Shown here: positions 1 to 11,400 of the stretch, in pieces | How the letters are laid out: each line of letters starts with the position of its first letter | Numbering within the stretch: position 1 is the stretch's first letter | Origin: Hemiscyllium ocellatum | Taxonomy: Eukaryota | Assembly (NCBI RefSeq): GCF_020745735.1 | Contig: NC_083410.1 | Coordinates: forward strand, 111,872,080 to 111,936,079 | Reading direction: 5' to 3' | Length of the DNA: 64,000 nucleotides | Position numbers and translations under genes: made by a program | The notes under the pieces: model-generated | Database searches by the model: none | What the model saw: only the letters and a program-made list of their open reading frames with translations | What the model was told of the DNA's origin: nothing

Positions 1-3000
1 TATGAAGATTATTAGACACCGTGTGCCGACACTCCAACGGCACCTGGGCATTGAGCCACAGGCGAGGGGCAGACAGTCAGCAGTTATAACCCTCTTCACA
101 GCCCACTGCTTGCTTAAGGTTCTTTTCCTGAGGTTTCACACACGAGATGCAATTCACACACACCAGCTTCTGCAAACAGTTAAAAGTTTATTAAAGCCTG
201 TACAAGCTAGGTGACCCCCTTTGACCCACTTTTCAGGCGTGTGAAGTTGAATCAAAGAGGCCCCAAACAAAAAGTATCCCCTTTGTACAGGTCAGTTGGT
301 AATGCTCACAGGTACTCCGGTCACTCCCCCACAGTGCAGGTTGACAATCAGTCACACGAAGACTCATAGCAGAAAATTAGGGTCCCAAGGACATATCCTC
401 AATGAGGGACAACTGACAATCTATTCCTCAATGGTGGTTCACTAATTCATAAATCAGTGAAATTCTGAAAACTAAAAAAGTTTTTATTTATAGCCAGATA
501 CACTGCAATACAGTCAAAGTACTCAAGCTATGATTAGTTACAAATCAAGTATCCACCTTGATTCAGATTTCGAAGTAATGTTGAGCGCCAATGGAGACTT
601 CATTCTGATATCTTCAAAGTCATTCTTGTAAAGCCAGGTACACTCGTCTGAGTAAATCTTTATTGCAAATCATAGCACAACTTGTCAAACTATAAGCTGT
701 TTGCTGTACTTTAGCCACGAACTTCTGGCACATGCAGTTATTATCTTTTGTTATTACACTTCGTGCACAACTAAAATATTGCATTCAAAACAATGCAGAC
801 TACTCAAAGTTCAATTCACCAATTAATGCTTCTGTTTGAACAGCTTCAACTGGATTTAGCAAATGTCTAAGACATTTATGGAACCTTAGCTAACAACTGA
901 ATCATGTAAACAAACTGAAGCCTTCCCATGTGCTCGTAACGAACTTCAAAATGAAAGACTACAATGAGTAAAATAATGACTGTACTCATTGACCTTAACT
1001 GGTTCCAGTTACACAAAGTCTGGATTTTCAAATTTTTGTCAATTTTACATCTTTCCCATGGGCACAGCCCATGCCCCCAAAGGGGTGGGATTTCCTTCCT
1101 AAACCGCCACATCTTTAAAGTGCTCCTTCAAACCAACTTCTTCAATCAAGCGAACCTGAGGTTACCCAATCTTGTATTTGACAATCATTCCTGTTACACT
1201 AGGTTTGAGATACTACATAAATACGCATTGTTAACGACTGTTAAGGGACATGAATATTTATTTGATTTTAACTTTGATGTAACGAACAGGCAATGAATTC
1301 ACTGAATCTTGAGGGAAACTACACAAGTACAGAGAATTCTCTCACCTTGAGCGAGTATAGATTGAGTACGTGCCTGGTCACTTCAGTGGGACATTGCAAT
1401 TAATTCCAGCCCTGTTACTGTTTCCTTTTCATGCCAAGATGCACACTCTCTCCTCCAACTGTGAGGAAACCTTTCATTTTCCAGTCTAATTGAGTAGATC
1501 AAGGTAAGAAGTAATTCTTCAACTCCTGCTTTACTGAAGTCAATAACCTGAACCCAGACAATGGATCAAAGAAAGCCTATACAGTTGTCTCATTCCAGGT
1601 AAGACATTCAGAGTTTCCTTCCTTCAGAGGCACTAATCAATGAGCACTGTAAACTGGCAAACAGATTGCCTCCACCCTACTGAGATACACACCTCATAGC
1701 ATGTACAGACCGCAGCATCAGCTCAACCACATGAAAAATGTGGCTTGAGGCCAATGAATGTTCTTCCTGTCAGTTTGTGCTTGCACAGTATTCTCCCCAA
1801 GGGTGTTTATGCAGAGAGAGACTTGAGCACAGGAAGGGGCTATTCAACCCTGTCTATTTCATTAATCCAGAGGTCATCATTTTCATTAATTCACTGCTAT
1901 TATTCTAAGAAAACATGACTAGTTACTGTGTAATTATTTCATTGCTAACATGAATCGATTAAAACAGTCAAATTCTAGTGAACTGAAGTAGTTTTCTGAA
2001 TTGGAAGATCATTTTTACTCTTAAGGACCTAACCCATTTGTCAGAACACAAACCATTCACAAAAGCAAGCAGAGCAAACATGCCAAGTTCCACACATTGT
2101 CCAGAATAACTCACGTTGAGAAGTGAATACATTTTCAAGTTTATTCATAAACATTTGTTCAAACAGCCACAAGCCTTCTCAAGGCGCACACACTGGAAAA
2201 CACTCATATGGATATTAACCTGCATAGCACACACTAAAGTCTGAACAATTTCCCAAAAGTCCAGGGACAGATTGCAAACTAATAACAGTGTAGCAAAAGA
2301 AACAAAGGTTAGTCATCAAAAGTCAAAGCCGTTAAGGGAAGGTCACCATCTTTGGTTTGTTTCACAAAAGGGAAGTGAGTGAATGTCTGCTCTGCGCCTG
2401 TTCCTTTTTTGCTCAAGGCATAGATTCTTAAAGCAAAGGCGAGCTTTGAGCTCAGTGTGCCTGTGCTGCTTCCCTGCTCCTTCTCCATCACGCTTCTTTT
2501 CACATTTAAGTATTCAACTCGGTCACTCTTGAAAATTGCAACTCAATCCGATTCCACCACCCTTCCAGATCCTCAGCTGGTTCAGTAAGCAGACTGTAAT
2601 GAGAAGTGGTTCAAACCACTCCCAGCACTGCTGACTCAAGACAGACAGCTCGAGCATGACAGCATTGCCTGCTCCAGCCCTGCAAATTGTCCAACCAGAC
2701 AACCTTTCAGTACATCACCAATTCTGTCCTCTTGCTCAGCTCTGGCTATAAATTTTCAAAGCTAGCTATTCTCCAAGCTGCAGATGCTAGGAAATAGCCT
2801 TCCAATCATTTGCAGCCTTTTAATTTATCCCAGATTAAAACTGGCCAGTTTGGGACAGGTGATCTGCGATATGGTCAATGTCACCTCTCATGACCAGCAG
2901 TACTTTTTGACCAAAGGGCAGTCTGGTGATGTACCTGAAGTTGCATCACTAATGATGAGGGGGCAAACCATGGCTGCAAACTCAGTTAGAGTAGGGACAT

Positions 3001-3671
3001 AGAGGTACCAAAAGTGGGAACCAGGCCAAAACTACCCAGTTATAACGATGAGAGAACCATGAACAGCCTCAGACACGTTTCTCCACAAGTCTAAAAGGAG
3101 TAACCAGATACCAATCTTTAAAATTACGATATGACTGGCAGATACAAGAAAACTTGCTTCTACTTGTGGGGAGGATAAGAACCGGCAGCTATAAAGATAT
3201 CACAAATAAATCCAGACAGAATCCAGTTGAAATAGCTTCACCAGAATGGTGAATGGAACTTACCCACATAGGGAGTGTTTGAGGCTAGCAACTCAGATCC
3301 CCTTAAAGGGAAGTTAAGGAATCTCATAACAGAAAAAGTCCAAGAAGGATATGTTGATAGAAAACTACTCAATCCTAACAATTCATTCCCATAAGGCATT
3401 GCCTCACTATAAAGCTAGTGAGTAGTTTTGAAGGGTAATCAATACACTGCAGAAACTTCAGTAACCAATTTGCACACAGCAAGCTTCCTCACCCAGCACT
3501 GTCACTTTGAACAAGTAAACTCCTGTGACTCTGAAGGACAGGATGTGAGGGAGGGAGAACGATGGTAGGGGCGAGGGGCCAGGAGAAGGAGCAGGAGAGG
3601 TATGGAGGGTCTGTGAGGTGACAGGCGGGAGGGGAGCAGAATGGTGAGACAAGGGTGGGTGGTGATGGGGT

Positions 3672-4620
3672 GCGGGGGGGAAGAAGGGGGGGGAAGAAGG
3701 GGGGGGAAGAAGGGGGGGGGAAGAAGGGGGGGGGAAGATGGGGGGGGGAAGATGGGGGGGGGAAGATGGGGGGGGGAAGATGGGGGGGGGAAGATGGGGG
3801 GGGGAAGATGGGGGGGGGAAGATGGGGGGGGGAAGATGGGGGGGGGAAGATGGGGGGGGGAAGATGGGGGGGGGAAGATGGGGGGGGGAAGATGGGGGGG
3901 GGAAGATGGGGGGGGGAAGATGGGGGGGGGAAGATGGGGGGGGGGAAGATGGGGGGGAGAAGATGGGGGGGGAGAGAAGATGGGGGGGGGAAGATGGGGG
4001 GGGGAAGATGGGGGGGGGGGAAGATGGGGGGGGGAAGATGGGGGGGGGAAGATGGGGGGGGGAAGATGGGGGGGGGAAGATGGGGGGGGAAGAAGGGGGG
4101 GAAGAAGGGGGGGAAGAAGGGGGGGAAGATGGGGGGGAAAGAAGGGGGGGAAGAAGGGGGGGAAGAAGGGGGGGAAGATGGGGGGAAGATGGGGGGGAAG
4201 AAGGGGGGGAAGAAGGGGGGGAAGATGGGGGGGAAGATGGGGGGGAAGAAGGGGGTGAGATGGGGGGGAAGAAGGGGGTGAGATGGGGGGAGAAGGGGGT
4301 GAGATGGGGGAAGAAGGGGGTGAGATGGGGGGAAGAAGGGGGTGAGATGGGGGGAAGAAGGGGGTGAGATGGGGGGAAGAAGGGGGTGAGATGGGGGGAA
4401 GAAGGGGGTGAGATGGGGGGAAGAAGGGGGTGAGATGGGGGGGAGGGAGGGGGGGGAAGGGGGGGGAGGGAAGGGGGGAAGGGGGGGGAGGGAGGGGGGA
4501 GGGAGGGGGAGGGAGGGGGGAAGGGAGGGGGTGAAGGGGGAAAGGGGGAGGGGGGAGGGAAAGGGGGAGGAAGGGGGGAGGAAAGGGAGGAAGGGAGGGG
4601 GGGAAGGGGGTGAGATGGCG
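3672..4620. repeat. G-rich purine tandem repeat (about GGGGGGGGAAGAT/GAAGAA units) in ACTR2 intron 1
   Basis: About 950 bp of G-runs separated by AAGAT, AAGAA or TGAGAT. Confidence 0.95.
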
Positions 4621-4741
4621 GGGCTGGAGAAGGGGCATTACGGAACGAGCACAGACACCACCCCCTCCCCCACTCGCAGACAGCGCCTCACTTCCTGATC
4701 GCAGCCCCACAGGGCGGCCGGGTGGATGAGCCAGCACCTAC

Positions 4742-4789
4742 CCCAGTGCCGTTATCGCAGACCACCACCTTCCTGCCCTGACTGTCCAT
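4742..4789 (-). CDS. ACTR2: Actin-related protein 2, coding exon 1 (MDSQGRKVVVCDNGTG); the rest of the gene lies left of the window
   Basis: Translation matches the conserved Arp2 N-terminus. Kozak context accATGg. Donor GGG|GTAGGT at 4741 after codon 16. Confidence 0.97.
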
Positions 4790-5350
4790 GGTCCGCTCCC
4801 GAGCCTCCGCCGCCGCTGTCCCAGCGAAACTTTCCACCCGCCTCCCGACGCCGGAAATCACCGTCCGCTGGCTGCCGCTCCACAGGGCGCGCCGTCCCCA
4901 CGTGACATGCCGCTTCCGATGGGTCTGCTCGGGCACGGCGATGACGGATTGCGATTGACGTGCGGTGGGCGGGTCTCGTGTGATTGACATGCGGTAGGCG
5001 GGTCTTGTTTGATTGAGCGGAATTCGTGCTCATGACGTCAGTGATTGACAGTAAGGAGGTGGGCTCCGCAATCGATCTTTGATGGACAGGTGATGTGTCC
5101 AATGGGCTTTGGGCACTGCCCGTGCAGCTGGTGGGCGGTGGGCGGTGACCGTGTCCCTGACCCTGACCCTGACCCTGAGGGTGGGGTCAGTCTTTCGAAA
5201 CAACATTGAAAGTCTTTTCTCAGTTCGAGTACTTCCGGTATGATTGACAATTCTCTAAACGTTGATCAGCATTTCCCCGCCCCCTGTGTAATTGCTGTAA
5301 TGTGATTGGTCGGTAAGCTGGGCCAATCCTGCTGTCCAGGCCGGGTTGCC
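4790..5350. promoter_or_regulatory. Bidirectional CpG-island promoter and 5'UTRs shared by ACTR2 (-) and the AGA-like gene (+)
   Basis: Divergent ATGs at 4789 and 5351. CpG-rich. ETS sites CCGGAA 4851 and ACTTCCGG 5231. E-box CACGTGAC 4899. CRE TGACGTCA 5033. TGATTGACAG 5042. CCAAT boxes near 5305 and 5323. GC boxes. Confidence 0.8.
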
Positions 5351-5468
5351 ATGGTCATGGCGGTGGTGGTGGGAACCTGGGCCTTCTCCCTGGCGGCGGT
5401 GGACAAGGCCCGGCGGCTGTTGGCGGTGGGCAGCGGGGCTTCGGCCGCTCTACAGGAGGCGATGTCAG
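5351..5468 (+). CDS. AGA-like exon 1 ([39 protein letters not shown])
   Basis: Kozak gccATGg. In-frame upstream TGA at 5303. Donor G|GTGATG. TW motif as in AGA VVNTWPF. Confidence 0.88.
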
Positions 5469-8400
5469 GTGATGTACCTTCAATCTACTACAGCAACTCC
5501 TCACGTCCCAAAGGGTGACCCCCCGACAGTGCTGCACTCCCTCAGCACCGACCCTCCGACAGTGCGGCACTCCCTCAGCACTGACCCTCCGACAGTGCGG
5601 CACTCCCTCAGCACCGACCCTCCGACAGTGCGGCACTCCCTCAGCACCGACCCTCCGACAGTGCGGCACTCCCTCAGCACCGACCCTCCGACAGTGCGGC
5701 ACTCCCTCAGCACTGACCCTCCGACAGTGCGGCGCTCCCTCAGCACTGACCCCCCGACAGTGCGGCGCTCCCTCAGCACCGACCCTCCGACAGTGCCCGC
5801 TCCCTCAGCGCCGACCCTCCGACAGTGCGGGGCTCCCTCAGCGCCGACCCTCCGACAGTGCGGGGCTCCCTCAGCGCCGACCCTCCGACAGTGCGGGGCT
5901 CCCTCAGCGCCGACCCTCCGACAGTGCGGGGCTCCCTCAGCGCCGACCCTCCGACAGTGCGGCGCTCCCTCAGCGCCGACCCTCCGACAGTGCGGCGCTC
6001 CCTCAGCGCCGACCCTCCGACAGTGCGGCGCTCCCTCAGCGCCGACCCTCCGACAGTGCGGCGCTCCCTCAGCGCCGACCCTCCGACAGTGCGGCGCTCC
6101 CTCAGCGCCGACCCTCCGACAGTGCGGCGCTCCCTCAGCGCCGACCCTCCGACAGTGCGGCGCTCCCTCAGCGCCGACCCTCCGACAGTGCGGCGCTCCC
6201 TCAGCGCCGACCCTCCGACAGTGCGGCGCTCCCTCAGCGCCGACCCTCCGACAGTGCGGCGCTCCCTCAGCGCCGACCCTCCGACAGTGCGGCGCTCCCT
6301 CAGCGCCGACCCTCCGACAGTGCGGCGCTCCCTCAGCGCCGACCCTCCGACAGTGCGGCGCTCCCTCAGCGCCGACCCTCCGACAGTGCGGCGCTCCCTC
6401 AGCGCCGACCCTCCGACAGTGCGGCGCTCCCTCAGCGCCGACCCTCCGACAGTGCGGCGCTCCCTCAGCGCCGACCCTCCGACAGTGCGGCGCTCCCTCA
6501 GCGCCGACCCTCCGACAGTGCGGCGCTCCCTCAGCGCCGACCCTCCGACAGTGCGGCGCTCCCTCAGCGCCGACCCTCCGACAGTGCGGCGCTCCCTCAG
6601 CGCCGACCCTCCGACAGTGCGGCGCTCCCTCAGCGCCGACCCTCCGACAGTGCGGCGCTCCCTCAGCGCCGACCCTCCGACAGTGCGGCGCTCCCTCAGC
6701 GCCGACCCTCCGACAGTGCGGCGCTCCCTCAGCGCCGACCCTCCGACAGTGCGGCGCTCCCTCAGCGCCGACCCTCCGACAGTGCGGCGCTCCCTCAGCG
6801 CCGACCCTCCGACAGTGCCCGCTCCCTCAGCGCCGACCCTCCGACAGTGCGGCGCTCCCTCAGCGCCGACCCTCAATGCATTTGCTTTGATAGATTCATG
6901 AGAGTTAAATAACAACATAGAAACAGACCCTTCGATCCAACTTGTCCATGCCAACCAGGAATCCCAAAGTAATCTGGTTTCATTTGCCTGCATTTGGCCC
7001 ATATCCCTCTACACCTTTACTATTCATGCATCCATCCAGATGCCTTTTAAATATTGTAATTGTACCAGCCTCCACTACTTCCTTTGGCAGCTTATTTCAT
7101 ATGTGCATTGCTGTCTATGTAAAAAGGTTGCCCCTTGGGTCTCTTTTAAAGCTTTCCCTTCTCACTTTCAACCTATGCCCTCTGGTTTTGGATTCCCTTA
7201 CCTTATGGAAAGCACCTTTAATGTTTCACTTGTATATGTCCTTGTCAGTTTATTAGCTTATATAAGGGTTTAAAAAGTTTTGTTTAATGTCACTCTTCCA
7301 AATTGTGTTCATAATCTTGTGTTAAAGAAGTACTTTTATTTCATTGTTCTGTTTGTGATCTCGGGACATATGGAAATACTTTTCAGTAAACATGTACTTT
7401 TGCAATGGCTACCATAATGTACTGTACATATAGTGTGCAAAGTTTCACGGCATGTGATGGATCGAGTCCAACTGTGGTTGACTCGCCTGTACATTAGGCT
7501 CTGATTTTTGTGATGCTTTGTGTTCTAGTACAAAATAAACTTTTCAATTTTCTAGTCCCATGTGAAGGCATCAAGCTGAATCAAGTTAGCAGCAGACTGG
7601 GGAGAGGGAGAAGTTCGTAATGAAGTGTTTGTTTATAATCATGAGATTTGAGGTCCATATGCAGTGTTCACAGCTCAACAGAAATGCAGGTGGTCTAAGT
7701 CACTGCTGGCAAATCTATCAATACATCCTTGGACTTGGCTGTATCTCTTGCTGCAGATAACACTATGTCCTGTGAAACACATTTAACAGGGTGAGTTACA
7801 TGATTGTATTGATGATTACCAATATCAGGACTTGTCATCCTGAGACAGGATTTCAGAATCTGACCAAGACATCTGTAGATTTTAAGTTAACCTTTTGTTC
7901 AAAATATGACATTTGGGGGAGGCAATGGCCTAATGGTAATGTCGCTGGACTGTTAATCCAGATAATGTTCTGAGATCCAGGTTCAAATCTCACCACAGTA
8001 AATGACGCAATTTGAATTCAACAAAGAGTAAATCTCAAATGAGGGGTGCAATGATGACCATGAATCAATTGTCAGAAAAACCCAACTGGTTCACAAATGT
8101 CCTTGAGGGAAGGAAATGTGCCATCTTAATCTGGTCTGCCCGATAGGAGACTCCAGACCCACAGCCTATGCTGTTGACTCTTAACTGCATTCTGGCCAAA
8201 TTAGAGATGGGCAATAAATACTGTCTCGTTAACAACACTCACAGTCCATTGTTTTTATTCATTCATTAATCAGTCCTGGCAATTACAAAGCTATGTTGTC
8301 ATATCAAGTTATCGGGTTAATCATATCCTTCATGACAGAAATGCATCCAATTTATGGGCTTCCAACTTGAGTCTAAAGAGAGTGTGGAGATTTGGAGACA

Positions 8401-11400
8401 GTAAACGCCAGGAGGTCACTGGTGGATGGTTTGGAGGGATGACAGTGGCATCTCGTGATTGGAAAGTATCACTGAAACTCTCAGGAAGAATCTACGGCAG
8501 TGGCCTTGTTAGACTGTGCAGAAATCTGGGCAACATCAGGAAGAGACACAACAGCTGGATACTGAGGAGATGCACAGTCTGAGGTGGATGTGTGGAGCAA
8601 TCAAGATCAGGGGCTTGTAAGTCAGGGTCAGTGAAGATTGTAAGAACGTCCAAGAAAGTAGAGAAGAGGAGGTTGAAATCGTGTGGTCCTCTGCTGGAGG
8701 GAGAGCGAAGGTGGGGAAGTGCAGCGTGTTGACTGTTGAATTTGGGATTGCCATGATTAGATTACTTACAGTGTGGAAACAGGCCCTTCGGCCCAACAAG
8801 TCCACACTGACCCGCCGAAGCGCAATCCACCCATACCCCTACATTTACCCCTTACCTAACACTATGGGCAATTTAGCATGGCCAATACACCTGACCCGCA
8901 CATCTTTGGACTGTGGGAGGAAACCGGAGCACCCGGAGGAAACCCACGCAGACACGGGGAGAACGTGCAAACTCCACACAGTCAGTCGCCTGAGTCGGGA
9001 ATTGAACCCAGGTCCCTGGCGCTGTGAGGCAGCAGTGCTAACCGCTGTGCCACCGTGAAGAGGAGGAAGGCCCAAGACCAGGTGGAAAGATCCTTTGTTC
9101 GAGAGACTGATATACAGCGTAATTGGAAGTGGGGAGGTATCTGAAGGGAAGACCATAAGATAAAGGAGCAGAATTAGGCCACCTCAGGAAGGATGTGCTG
9201 GCATTAGAGGGTGTCAAGAGAAGGCTTACAAGAATGATCTTGGGGCTCAAGTGCTTGTCATATGAGAGGTGGTGAAGGACTCTGGCTCTCTACTTGATGG
9301 AGTTTAGAAGTATGAGGGAGGATCTCATTGAAATTGACCAAGTATTGAGGGGCCTGGATAGAATTAATATCCAGAAGATGTATCCACTCATCGGAGAGAT
9401 TAAGACCTGACAGCAAATGCCCAGAATGAAAGGATGACCCTTTAGAACTGATGAGAATTTTCTTCAGCTAGAGAAGGGTTAATCTGTGGAACTCATTGTT
9501 GGAGAAGGCTGTGGAAGCCAAGTCATTGAGTGTATTTGAGACAGAGAGAGGTTATCACGGTTTTGAAGTTCAGATTTGAGACAGTCCACGGAATCCCGAG
9601 TGCACTCTATTTGTAAGCCCCTCTTGGTTCATCCTGGAGATCGTAGTCTTTCGTAGTCTGGAATAAAAAAACATCTTGCAGACAATTTAGGATAATTTTA
9701 GTCATCCCCTTTATTTACCCATAGCATCACTGTTACAACATAACACTTTAAGACAGGTCAGCTAAGGTTCTAAAATCTTCGGAGAGTAGGGTACCAGCTC
9801 TACCTTTAAGAATCCTTGCAGGCTCCTCTCTCCTTCTGTCACACAGGTTTCCTTTCCAACAGTTTACAAAAACACTGCCTGTTCTTAACTAGACAGGTAA
9901 CAGTGGAAAGGCAATAATTCATAAGGAAGATGAGTTAATTGACAGGTCAGTGTGCACTTAACTGATCACTCCGACAGGTCCTGAGCCACCCAGCAGCTGG
10001 AAAAAAACACATCCAGCCAAGTCAGGTGCTTGTTTGCAAGATAAGTTCATGTCATTACAGAAGTGCCAGTCTAAACTAAGTCGGAGCCATCATAAGGTAA
10101 CCTTGCACAGCTCGCATATCAGATACCATTGTTTTACAAAATGGCTTCTTAGAAAGAGGACAAACTCTGACCATAAAATGGCTTCCTGACAGATTGTGTC
10201 GAATCTCTTCAATGTTAGGTTTAGATTAATTTTTAAACTATGAGCAGACTCCTGCTTTTTATCTTAAGCACAGAATCATTCAAAAGTCACTGGAGTCAGA
10301 GAAAGTCCCGGATGATTGGAAAACTGCTGTTGTAACCCCATTGTTCAAGAAAGGATCAAGGCAAAAGTTGGAAAATTATAGGCCAATTAGCCTAACCTCG
10401 GTTGCTGGTAAAATTCTAGAATCCATTGTTAAGGATGAGGTTTCTAAATTCTTGGAAGAGCAGGGTCGGATTAGAACAAGTCAACATGGATTTAGTCAGG
10501 GGAGGTCGTGCCTGACAAACCTGTTGGAATTCTTTGAAGAGGTGACAAGTAGGTTAGACCAGGGAAACCCAGTGGATGTGGTCTATCTAGACTTCCAAAA
10601 GGTCTTTGATAAGGTGCCACACGGGAGGCTGCTGAGCAAGGTGAGGGCCCACGGTGTTCGAGGTGAGCTGCTGGTATGGATTGAGGATTGGCTGTCTGAC
10701 AGAAGGCAGAGAGTTGGGATAAAAGGTCCTTTTTCGGAATGGCAGCTAGTGACGAGCGGTGTCCCATGGTGTTCAGTGTTGGGGCCGCAGCTGTTCACGT
10801 TATATATTAATGATCTGGATGAAGGGACTGGGGGCATTCTAGCGAAGTTTGCAGATGATACGAAGTTAGGTGGACAGGCAGGTAGTACTGAGGAAGTGGG
10901 GAGGCTGCAGAAGGATCTAGACAGTTTGGGAGAGTGGTCCAGGAAATGGCTGATGGAATTCAACGTGAGCAAATGCAAGGTCTTGCACTTTGGAAAAAAG
11001 AATATAAGCATGGACTACTTTCTAAACGGTGAGAAAATTCATAAAGCCCAAGTACAAAGGGATCTGGGAGTGCTAGTCAAGGATTCTCTAAAGGTAAACA
11101 TGCAGGTTGAATCCGTGATTAAGAAAGCGAATGCAATGTTGTCATTTATCTCAAGAGGGTTGGAATATAAAAGCAGCAATGTGCTACTGAGACTTTATAA
11201 AGCTCTGGTTGGGCCCATTTGGAGTACTGTGTCCAGTTTTGGTCCCCACACCTCAGGAAGGACATACTGGCACTGGAGCGTGTCCTGCGGAGATTCACAC
11301 GGATGATCCCTGGAATGGTAGGTCTAACATACAAGGAACGGTTGAGGATCCTGGGATTGTACTCATTGGCGTTTAGAAGATTAAGGGGAGATCTAATAGA

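Noticed and set aside
1-3600. ACTR2 exon 2 (FVKCGYAGSNFP...)
   Set aside because: Not found on the minus strand by eye; it is presumably left of the window.
3502-4737. Long Pro-rich and Gly-rich ORFs on both strands
   Set aside because: They are translations of a stop-free G-rich tandem repeat in ACTR2 intron 1.
5346-7002. 350-510-aa ORFs with 11-aa periodicity; CRISPR-like appearance
   Set aside because: This is a 33-bp minisatellite with no unique spacers, open in several frames on both strands, in a eukaryotic context.
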